Shown: positions 9,201 to 16,770 of the stretch, one piece after another
Position numbering within the stretch: position 1 is the first letter of the stretch
How the letters are laid out: each line of letters begins with the position of its first letter
Virus record (IMG/VR): IMGVR_UViG_3300032303_000331
Location: 1 to 25,119 of that record
DNA length: 25,119 nucleotides
Strand: one strand, 5' to 3'
From: a virus
Taxonomy: Duplodnaviria; Caudoviricetes
Notes under the pieces: generated by a model
Told to the model about the DNA's origin: nothing
What the model saw: the letters and a program-made list of their open reading frames with translations, nothing else
Databases searched by the model: none
Translations under genes and position numbers: made by a program

Positions 9201-9420
9201 GTTCACGGGCGGTGAACGTTCACGAATACGTGAACATAAAGTAAGGGTATAACTTGACTTTTGTTATAACATAGTAAAGTTATAACTTGACAAAATCAGT
9301 AGTAATACTGCGACAATTACGGAAGTTATAAACACTTATTCGTACCATAAAATGTCATAAAACGCACTTTTTGATACGTATTTGTACCATATAAGTCATA
9401 TTTATACTTAATGTGCAACA
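9201..9420. repeat. Array of heterogeneous palindromes and inverted repeats (operator-like sites)
   Basis: GTTCAC-N5-GTGAAC (9201-9217) abutting GTTCACG-AATA-CGTGAAC (9218-9235); GTAAGGGTATAACTTGAC (9241-9258) and GTAAAGTTATAACTTGAC (9274-9291); TGTTATAACA (9262-9271); CAGTA-GTAA-TACTG (9297-9310); two 38-bp units at 9341-9378 and 9383-9420. Confidence 0.8.
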
Positions 9421-9446
9421 AATTACAATTTTGGCTATTTACCTAT

Positions 9447-9821
9447 ATGATTAGGTTCACGAAAGGACAGACACAAAATATTATACTTACTTTAACTGAA
9501 AAGCAGTTATTGACAAACCCAAATTACCTATTTGTCTTTAAAAATAGAAGCGCAAATACAGAAATAAAGTTTGTTAAATTAAATGCCACAGACGTAAGTT
9601 TGTACAAAGATAGGTACAATGAATTTAGCATTGTAACGAACACAAATTTTGGTTCTTCTTTAAATGGACAATATGTATATCAGGTTTACGAACAAGCAAG
9701 TACGTCAAATACCAACCCAACCGGATTGAATTTATTAGAAACGGGGATAATGGAATTAGTCGGAACGCCGTTTGAATTTACTGAATATTCAACAACAGAC
9801 ACATACACAATTAGACAATAA
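9447..9821 (+). CDS. Conserved phage virion-associated hypothetical protein (124 aa)
   Basis: ATG 9447 (MIRFTKGQTQNIILTLTEK) is preferred over 9411, which overlaps the palindrome array; GQYVYQVYEQ...LLETG motif; TAATG overlap with the portal gene. Confidence 0.6.
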   Translation: MIRFTKGQTQNIILTLTEKQLLTNPNYLFVFKNRSANTEIKFVKLNATDVSLYKDRYNEFSIVTNTNFGSSLNGQYVYQVYEQASTSNTNPTGLNLLETGIMELVGTPFEFTEYSTTDTYTIRQ

Positions 9822-11608
9822 TGGATTTACGCGTATTATCATTTGCAGAAGCACGTCAACCTGAATTTAAGGAAAAAAAGGGTGAAGGATATATTCAGTA
9901 TGGCGACCGTAACGATTACCCAATTTATTTGGTTGAATTATTTAATAAGTCAGCTAAACACAATGCCATTGTAAAAAGCAAGGTGCATTATATTACAGGT
10001 AACGGTTGGAAGGGAAGCGACCAAGCTGAAACATTTATTCAGAAGGTTAATAGAATGGAATCTTTGGACGATTTGACCCGTAAGGTTTCATTGGACACAG
10101 AATTGTTTGGTGGCTATTATTTAGAAATTATTTGGTCAGTTACAAACCAATTGGCTGAAATATGGCATTTAGATTATACAAAAGTTCGTACAAATAAAGA
10201 CAATACGCAGTTTTGGTATAAAGAAGATTGGACAGATAGAACTGAAAAAGCTTTAATATACACGGCATTCAATCCAAACAACCCAACAGGTAAGCAAATT
10301 CTTTATGTTAAGGAATACCGCCCAAATATGGGTATTTATAGTTTACCGGGTTATTTTGGTGCTTTAAATTATATTGAATCAGACATTGAAATTTCCAAGC
10401 ACGTTTTAGGAAACGCACAAACAGGATTTAGCGCAAGTAAATTAATTACTTTGCCAAATGGCGAACCTTCAGACGAAGAAAAGCGTAATATTGAAAAGCG
10501 TTTCACAAATAGATTTAGCGGGTCAGACGGTAAGAAGTTCATTTTGGCTTTTGTTAACGATAGCGCAAGAAAGCCAATTGTTGACGATTTAGGCGCGTCG
10601 GATATTACCAAAGAAGACTTTGGACGTGTGGACACATTAATACAAACTAATATATTTAGCGGTCACCAAATTACAACGCCTTCAATATTCGGTATTGCTG
10701 AAGCGGGTAAATTGGGCGCACGTTCTGAAATGCGCGACGGTTACGAAATATTTAAAAATACTTACGTTAATAGTAAGCAAATGCACCTTGAAGGTGTATT
10801 TAATATGCTTGCGAAATATCGTGGTGTTGTTGACCCTGAATTAAGTATTATTCCAACTGAACCAATTGGCTTTGAATTTACTGAAAACTTATTAAAAGAA
10901 ATTGCACCAAAGGAATGGTTATTAGAAAAAGCAGGTATTGATATTACCAAATATCAAACAGTTGCACCTGTGGCACAACAAGCAGCATTTGCAGACGATT
11001 TTAGCGCATTTTATGATTTTGGCGAAGCAAAGGACGGTTTCAATGTTTGGAAGCAAAAAACACGCTTTAATGACGATTCTGAATACCAAATGTTTGCAGA
11101 CGTAAGCCAATTACAGGCAAACGTGCTTGATTTGATTGCAAAAGACAAAAGGGTAACGCCTGAAGTATTGGCAACAACGCTTGACCAAAATGTTGACACT
11201 ATTTCATTGGTTATAAAAGATTTAATTGACAAAGGGTATATTAATTCAAATGAATATACAATTGGCGAAGGAATTGACGGAAATACAATAATTGAACATA
11301 CTTTAACAGAACCAATTGGCGATATTTTAACAAAAATTCAGCCACAAACAAAGGAATTGTTAATTCGTTATTCTTATGAATGGAAAACAGGTTTTTCAAA
11401 TAAGGATAAAAAAACAAGCCGTCCATTTTGTGTTGCTTTATTAGACGCAAATAAAATGTATTCACGTTCTGAAATTGAATCAATAAGCGCACGTTTAGGA
11501 TATTCAGTTTGGGATAGGAAGGGCGGTTGGTACACAGTACCGGGAACGAACGAACACGAAGCAAGTTGCCGCCACCAATGGGTTTCAAACATAGTAACAA
11601 GAAAATAG
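9821..11608 (+). CDS. Portal protein with C-terminal extension (wHTH-like plus RPFC...CRHQW domain)
   Basis: YGDRNDYP, SAKHNAIV, FGGYYLEIIW, YSLPGY, IFSGHQITTPSIFGI portal motifs in the first ~380 aa; about 200 additional residues follow. Confidence 0.8.
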   Translation: MDLRVLSFAEARQPEFKEKKGEGYIQYGDRNDYPIYLVELFNKSAKHNAIVKSKVHYITGNGWKGSDQAETFIQKVNRMESLDDLTRKVSLDTELFGGYYLEIIWSVTNQLAEIWHLDYTKVRTNKDNTQFWYKEDWTDRTEKALIYTAFNPNNPTGKQILYVKEYRPNMGIYSLPGYFGALNYIESDIEISKHVLGNAQTGFSASKLITLPNGEPSDEEKRNIEKRFTNRFSGSDGKKFILAFVNDSARKPIVDDLGASDITKEDFGRVDTLIQTNIFSGHQITTPSIFGIAEAGKLGARSEMRDGYEIFKNTYVNSKQMHLEGVFNMLAKYRGVVDPELSIIPTEPIGFEFTENLLKEIAPKEWLLEKAGIDITKYQTVAPVAQQAAFADDFSAFYDFGEAKDGFNVWKQKTRFNDDSEYQMFADVSQLQANVLDLIAKDKRVTPEVLATTLDQNVDTISLVIKDLIDKGYINSNEYTIGEGIDGNTIIEHTLTEPIGDILTKIQPQTKELLIRYSYEWKTGFSNKDKKTSRPFCVALLDANKMYSRSEIESISARLGYSVWDRKGGWYTVPGTNEHEASCRHQWVSNIVTRK

Positions 11609-11609
11609 A

Positions 11610-12197
11610 ATGAGCAAAAACACATTATTTATATCAGTACAGACAATTAAGGATAGAACAGGGTTACACGCTAACGTGGACGAAAAATTGGTTTTGCCTG
11701 AAATTAAGACCGCGCAGGATATGTATATTTTGCCGGCTTTGGGTTCAGCATTGTACAATGAATTACAAGCTGCGGTTGTTGCGAATACTTTTACGGGTTT
11801 GCAGACAACTTTATTGGACGATTACCTTGTTGACTGTTTAGTTTATTTTGTTATGTCTGAACTTCCAATGGGTTTATCATATCAATTCTATAATAAGGGA
11901 TTGCTAAGAAAAACAGGGGAAAATCAAGATAGTCCGTCAATGCAAGATATGATTGACGTGGCAAATAGATACCGCGCACGCGCTGAATTCTATAAACAAA
12001 GACTTATAAAATACTTAAAACAAAACAATGCTTCATATCCAAGTTACTTAAACTTTGGTTCAGGCATTGATTCAATAAGACCGGATAACGAAGGGTATTC
12101 TGTTTCAATGTATTTAGGGGATAGCACGTATTATGACGACGAACGAAATAGAAAAAGTTTAGAAGACCGTTATCAGGGAAACATTGGTTGTTGTTAA
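11610..12197 (+). CDS. Putative head-tail adaptor protein
   Basis: 195 aa directly after portal; AQDMYILPALGSALY...AEFYKQRLIKYL helical pattern. Confidence 0.55.
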   Translation: MSKNTLFISVQTIKDRTGLHANVDEKLVLPEIKTAQDMYILPALGSALYNELQAAVVANTFTGLQTTLLDDYLVDCLVYFVMSELPMGLSYQFYNKGLLRKTGENQDSPSMQDMIDVANRYRARAEFYKQRLIKYLKQNNASYPSYLNFGSGIDSIRPDNEGYSVSMYLGDSTYYDDERNRKSLEDRYQGNIGCC

Positions 12198-12200
12198 AAT

Positions 12201-12329
12201 ATGAGTAAACAAGTAACTATTAAAAACCAAAATAAGCTGAAAGTTTATTTGGAAAAAGCAAAAAAGAATGACATTAAACCAAATAGTCAAAGAACTAACG
12301 ACGATAGGAAACCAACACGAACAAATTGA
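12201..12329 (+). CDS. Small basic hypothetical protein (42 aa, absent from ORF track)
   Basis: MSKQVTIKNQNKLKVYLEKAKKND...; ATG lies 3 nt after the previous stop, fills the gap and overlaps the next gene. Confidence 0.45.
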   Translation: MSKQVTIKNQNKLKVYLEKAKKNDIKPNSQRTNDDRKPTRTN

Positions 12330-12717
12330 TTTTGTTTATTTTGGGGACGTTTGGGAACGTATAAGCAATGGCGAAGTGACCTATCCTGCAATGTTTTTTA
12401 CATTGACAGGTGCAAGTTATGGCGCAAAAGAAATTGGTTTTTCATTTAGTCTGTATTTTATGGACAGAATGTTAAACGAAGAAACAAACGAAACGGAAGT
12501 TTTATCGGATATGACACAGGTTGCCGGCGACATAGTTGCACAATTACGTTTTCCAACAGATTATCAAAAAGTGACTTGGACATTGAATCAAAATTTACCA
12601 ATTACCTTTTACACAGAAAGCGACCCTGATTATTTAGCAGGTGTAAAATTAGACGTGACATTGACAGTACCATTTATTAACAACAGGTGTGAAGTACCTT
12701 CAAATTATACTTTTTAA
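12268..12717 (+). CDS. Putative tail terminator / head-tail joining protein
   Basis: 149 aa acidic protein, TYPAMFF...LAGV, in the head-tail joining position. Confidence 0.5.
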   Translation: MTLNQIVKELTTIGNQHEQIDFVYFGDVWERISNGEVTYPAMFFTLTGASYGAKEIGFSFSLYFMDRMLNEETNETEVLSDMTQVAGDIVAQLRFPTDYQKVTWTLNQNLPITFYTESDPDYLAGVKLDVTLTVPFINNRCEVPSNYTF

Positions 12718-15050
12718 TGGAATCAAAAAAAATTAATCAATTAGCGACAGAACTTGCGCCTGATTTAACAGATTTAACAATTATAGGCGACCCAATAACA
12801 GGTATAAGTAAAAAAATTACGCTTTCACAAATGGCGTCTTTATTTACGGGTACAGTTGAGGAATACGAAAATAAAGCAGCATTCCCTTTGGTTGGCGTTG
12901 CTGACACAATTTACGTTGCATTAGATACAAACGTAATTTGGCGTTGGAATACAGGGACAAGTGCATACGTTGAACTTTCACCTAACATTATCAATTCATT
13001 GGTATTTGGTGATGGAAGCGGATTTGACGGTACAATTAGTTTAGTTGGTTCAGTTGCAACATTAACAATTACAACTGCATTAACAACCGGTTCAGTTGGT
13101 TTTATAGGTGCTTCAGGTGCTTTATTAGAAGACAATACAAACTTTTTTTGGAATAATACTAATAAACGATTAGGTATTGGCACAAATACACCGGGTGCAA
13201 AATTAGACATACACGGTACAGGTACAATTGTACAAATAAACGGGACTACAACAAACAATGCTTTTATATCTTTTCAAAATGCAGGTGTAAACAAATGGAC
13301 TATTGGAAATGTACAGGCAGACCATAGATTTAGAATTTATAGTGAAGCAAATTCAACAGAATTAGTTTCAGTTTTACAAACAGGGGAATTTGGAATTGGT
13401 ATTGCAAACCCTTTAACAAAGTTTCATATTTTTGGCGGTGCTTCAGCATTGATTGCAAATTTAGACGCAAACGTTTCTGTTGCAAAATCAATTAGTTATC
13501 GTTCAGGTAATAGTTCAAGAATAAACTTAGAAGTTTCAGGTACAGAATCAGGCACAAACGCAGGAATGGATTTCTTTTTAAGAACTTATGCAGATGCAGG
13601 TTCTTTATTAGAAACACCTTTTTCAATAGTTCGTTCAACAGGCGTAACAACAATAAAAAGTTTAACACTTACAAATGCTTTGTCAATTTTAAATGGTGGT
13701 ACAGGTTCAACTACTAAGAATTTTGTTGATTTAACAACTGCTCAAACAGTAGCAGGAATTAAAACATTTAGTTCTAAGTTTTTAGTTTCTACTTCTGTTG
13801 CAGATTATGCAACATATATTTTACAAACAGGTGGAGTAGATGCAACTTATGGTGGTTTAAAAGTTGAAACATCTTCAACATCTGCAAAAGTATTATCATT
13901 ATATAATGCAGGTTCTGAATTAATGTTTTTAAGAGGTGACGGAGTTTCTCAATTTAATGGACAAATGAATGGTACAAGTGCTATATTTAGTGGTGGTGTT
14001 CAAGCTGCAAATATGTCTATTGGTATTGCATTACAAACTGATAAATTATTTATTTATAATGCAAGTGGAACTAATACAGGATTAACTATTCAACAAGACG
14101 GAACAGGTGATATATTTAGAGCTAATGGTAATAGTGGTACAAATAGATTTAGCATTACTCAAGCAGGTGTTGCTACATTCTCAAATAGTATAACTTCTAC
14201 TCAATTAATTACAAAATCAGGTTCAGGTGCAGCAGCTTTATTTTTAAAAGACGGTAGTGCAGTTAATAAATGGGAAATAGGTCATATATCTAATGCGCTT
14301 TATTTTTATAGTTATACTTCCAATAGTGAGGTATTACGTTTATCAAGTAGTGGAGCATTAATTGTAAAAAGCAATGACGGTTCTGAAACAATGTCTGTTT
14401 ATACAAATATATCAAGTACTAACTTTGCATTTTCAATTGGTGGTTCAGGTTCTATTAATGGTATTGCAACAGGAGCAAGTTCAGCAGCAACTATAATGAG
14501 AATGAACAAGGATTCAGGAAGTGGTCGTTCTTTAAATGCAGCAGGTTCTTTAAATGCTTCAGGGGCTGACTATGCAGAATATATATTAAAAGCAGTTAAT
14601 GATATTATCTATAAGGGCGATATTTGCGGAATAAATGCTAATGGGCAATTAACAAATATATATTCAGATTCAGTATCATTCGTTGTAAAATCAACTAACC
14701 CTTCTTATGTTGGAAATGATATTTGGGGAAATGAAGATATAGTTGGTAAAATGCCAATGGAAGAAGATTATGAAGATAAAGAACAATATGTATTAGACCT
14801 AACAAAATTTAAAGCAAAAGTTGAAGTTGAAAGAACAAAAGTAGATAGAGTTGCTTTTTCAGGTCAAGTACCTTGTAATATATTAAATACAAATGTTGGC
14901 GATTATATTATTCCAATTAAACAATCAAATGGTAAAATTGCAGGTAAAGCAGTTCAAAATCCAACTTTAGAAGAATATCAAATTTCAGTTGGTAAGGTTT
15001 GGAAAATAATGGAAGACGGTCGCGCTTGGATAGCAGTAAAAATAGGATAA
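12717..15050 (+). CDS. Tail fibre/spike with C-terminal intramolecular chaperone (Peptidase G2/IMC-like) domain
   Basis: 777 aa; repeated RLGIGTNTP / FGIGIANP fibre motifs, Gly/Ser/Thr-rich; C-terminal GADYAEY...VAFSGQVP...GDYIIP. Confidence 0.75.
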   Translation: MESKKINQLATELAPDLTDLTIIGDPITGISKKITLSQMASLFTGTVEEYENKAAFPLVGVADTIYVALDTNVIWRWNTGTSAYVELSPNIINSLVFGDGSGFDGTISLVGSVATLTITTALTTGSVGFIGASGALLEDNTNFFWNNTNKRLGIGTNTPGAKLDIHGTGTIVQINGTTTNNAFISFQNAGVNKWTIGNVQADHRFRIYSEANSTELVSVLQTGEFGIGIANPLTKFHIFGGASALIANLDANVSVAKSISYRSGNSSRINLEVSGTESGTNAGMDFFLRTYADAGSLLETPFSIVRSTGVTTIKSLTLTNALSILNGGTGSTTKNFVDLTTAQTVAGIKTFSSKFLVSTSVADYATYILQTGGVDATYGGLKVETSSTSAKVLSLYNAGSELMFLRGDGVSQFNGQMNGTSAIFSGGVQAANMSIGIALQTDKLFIYNASGTNTGLTIQQDGTGDIFRANGNSGTNRFSITQAGVATFSNSITSTQLITKSGSGAAALFLKDGSAVNKWEIGHISNALYFYSYTSNSEVLRLSSSGALIVKSNDGSETMSVYTNISSTNFAFSIGGSGSINGIATGASSAATIMRMNKDSGSGRSLNAAGSLNASGADYAEYILKAVNDIIYKGDICGINANGQLTNIYSDSVSFVVKSTNPSYVGNDIWGNEDIVGKMPMEEDYEDKEQYVLDLTKFKAKVEVERTKVDRVAFSGQVPCNILNTNVGDYIIPIKQSNGKIAGKAVQNPTLEEYQISVGKVWKIMEDGRAWIAVKIG

Positions 15051-15051
15051 T

Positions 15052-15459
15052 ATGACAATATTTTTAACTATAGTATTTTTAGTTCACTTAATTAGTTGGG
15101 TTTTATATCAAAAATATCAATTTAAAGAACGTGATTTATTTGCAAGTAAGCCGCAAGAATCATACCAACAAAATAAGAAATGGCATTTTTGGAAGGGTAT
15201 AAACCATTTGTCAGTTTATGTTTTGGTTTGGTCACTATATGATTTTTGGTCAATGTTTTTATTTGCAACTGCTTTTTGGTTTGGCTTTGACATTCTTTGC
15301 AATGTTATTATTTTAAAAAGACCTGCATTTTATGTAGGGGTAACCGCAGAAACAGACAAGTTTATTAGAAAGGTCGCTGAATTTATAAAAATAAAACCTG
15401 AATATACTTCGGCATTGATAAAAGTATTAATTTTACTAATATTAATCATTATAAAATAA
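15052..15459 (+). CDS. Hypothetical membrane protein
   Basis: 135 aa with 3-4 hydrophobic segments; KKWHFWK and FYVGVTAETDK motifs. Confidence 0.6.
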   Translation: MTIFLTIVFLVHLISWVLYQKYQFKERDLFASKPQESYQQNKKWHFWKGINHLSVYVLVWSLYDFWSMFLFATAFWFGFDILCNVIILKRPAFYVGVTAETDKFIRKVAEFIKIKPEYTSALIKVLILLILIIIK

Positions 15460-15463
15460 AACT

Positions 15464-15862
15464 ATGAAAAAGTACAAAGACCTATTGGAATTAGTAAACA
15501 ATCTAAACCAAGCAATCGTTAATCAGCAGGTAAAAGGTGAAAACACAAAAGTTTCACAAAAACTTGGTAAACTTGCTAAAAAACTTGAAAAACATTTAAA
15601 CGATTACAACGAACAAGTTGAAGAAATCAGAATTGACAATGCTTCAACCGACGACAAAGGTATTATTTTAAAAGATGAAAAAGGCGGTTATAAGTTTAGT
15701 AAAGACGGGTTGAAAAAACTATTAAACCAAATTAAAGCATTAGGCGAAAAACAATTTAATTACGAAGCAATACACGTTGTAAACCCCGCAGATTTAGAAG
15801 AATTTTCTTTTCTTAGCGAATGGCTTACAAATGTTGAATTTATAAAAGAAGAAGAACTATAA
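15464..15862 (+). CDS. Hypothetical helical protein (possible tail fibre assembly factor)
   Basis: 132 aa charged helical protein downstream of the fibre gene; function inferred only from position. Confidence 0.45.
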   Translation: MKKYKDLLELVNNLNQAIVNQQVKGENTKVSQKLGKLAKKLEKHLNDYNEQVEEIRIDNASTDDKGIILKDEKGGYKFSKDGLKKLLNQIKALGEKQFNYEAIHVVNPADLEEFSFLSEWLTNVEFIKEEEL

Positions 15863-15863
15863 T

Positions 15864-16043
15864 ATGACACCGCATAGCAATCAAGCCGACATAGGCACAG
15901 GAATAAGCGTTTTAAGCGCTATTGTAAGTATTTCAACAATTCAACCGGTTGTCACATTATTTGCCGGTTTGATTGCTATCGTTTCAGGTATAATGGCGAT
16001 TCGTTATTACTACAATGCAACCAAAAAAGTAAAAAATGACTAA
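15864..16043 (+). CDS. Putative holin (59 aa, absent from ORF track)
   Basis: MTPHSNQADIGTGISVLSAIVSISTIQPVVTLFAGLIAIVSGIMAIRYYYNATKKVKND: two hydrophobic segments and a basic C-tail, at the start of the lysis cassette. Confidence 0.6.
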   Translation: MTPHSNQADIGTGISVLSAIVSISTIQPVVTLFAGLIAIVSGIMAIRYYYNATKKVKND

Positions 16044-16578
16044 AAATATAGGCATTGCAATTTTATTGGTTGTTGTTGCTTTATTTTTATTTACAAAACC
16101 TTCGTATAAAGGTGATTCTGTAACCATTTTACGTGATACAGTTTACCAACAGAAAACTTTTACCCAATTTAAAAAGGGAAAAGATATACATTCATATATC
16201 ATTAAGACAGATTCCGTACAGATTCCTGTACACGATACAATCCGCATTTTATCCGATTATAACCGCAAATATGCGTATTCAGATACGATTCGTTTTGATA
16301 CGAATAGTGTCATATATATTCAGGACACAATAAGTCAAAATAAGATTACAGGACGTTCGGTTGGGTTAAATATTGCTGAAAAAACTATATATGTTACAAA
16401 GATAATACAACCAAAAGACAGAACTGCCATTTATTTCGGCTTTTTAGGCGATTTAAGACAGGATAACAGACAACTTGGTGTTGGTGTTGGCATAGCAATT
16501 AAAACGGCTAAAAAAGGCATTATAAATGCAAATGCAACAACTAACGGTTATTCTTTGGGATATTATTTAAAATTCTAA
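16036..16578 (+). CDS. Membrane-anchored lysis-cassette protein (spanin-like candidate)
   Basis: N-terminal TM segment, DT/DS-rich stalk, C-terminal amphipathic beta strands ending YYLKF. Confidence 0.5.
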   Translation: MTKNIGIAILLVVVALFLFTKPSYKGDSVTILRDTVYQQKTFTQFKKGKDIHSYIIKTDSVQIPVHDTIRILSDYNRKYAYSDTIRFDTNSVIYIQDTISQNKITGRSVGLNIAEKTIYVTKIIQPKDRTAIYFGFLGDLRQDNRQLGVGVGIAIKTAKKGIINANATTNGYSLGYYLKF

Positions 16579-16579
16579 T

Positions 16580-16768
16580 ATGCGTCAATTCTTTACAGAA
16601 GATAACAACCGTTTAAGTATGAAAAGACTTTGCGGGTTTTTATGTACTATTTCCCTTTGTGCTAAATTGATACATACACCAACAGAAGCATTGGTTTACA
16701 CCGTTGGTGCTTTGGCAGGTGCGGCTTTTGGTTATACAATGGCTGAAAAAATATTTAAAAAGGACTAA
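16580..16768 (+). CDS. Putative holin/antiholin (62 aa)
   Basis: LSMKRLCGFL, two hydrophobic segments, AEKIFKKD tail; immediately upstream of the endolysin. Confidence 0.55.
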   Translation: MRQFFTEDNNRLSMKRLCGFLCTISLCAKLIHTPTEALVYTVGALAGAAFGYTMAEKIFKKD

Positions 16769-16770
16769 GA

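Noticed and set aside
9201-9420. CRISPR mini-array or tRNA
   Set aside because: No constant repeat with regular unique spacers, and no cloverleaf with T-loop or acceptor stem.
9411-9446. 5' extensions in the ORF track (9411; likewise 20399, 21208, 23845)
   Set aside because: They run through regulatory structures or upstream genes; downstream ATGs (9447, 20480, 21244, 23902) fit gene packing better.
12717-15050. Diversity-generating retroelement targeting the tail fibre
   Set aside because: No reverse transcriptase and no template/variable repeat pair seen in the window.
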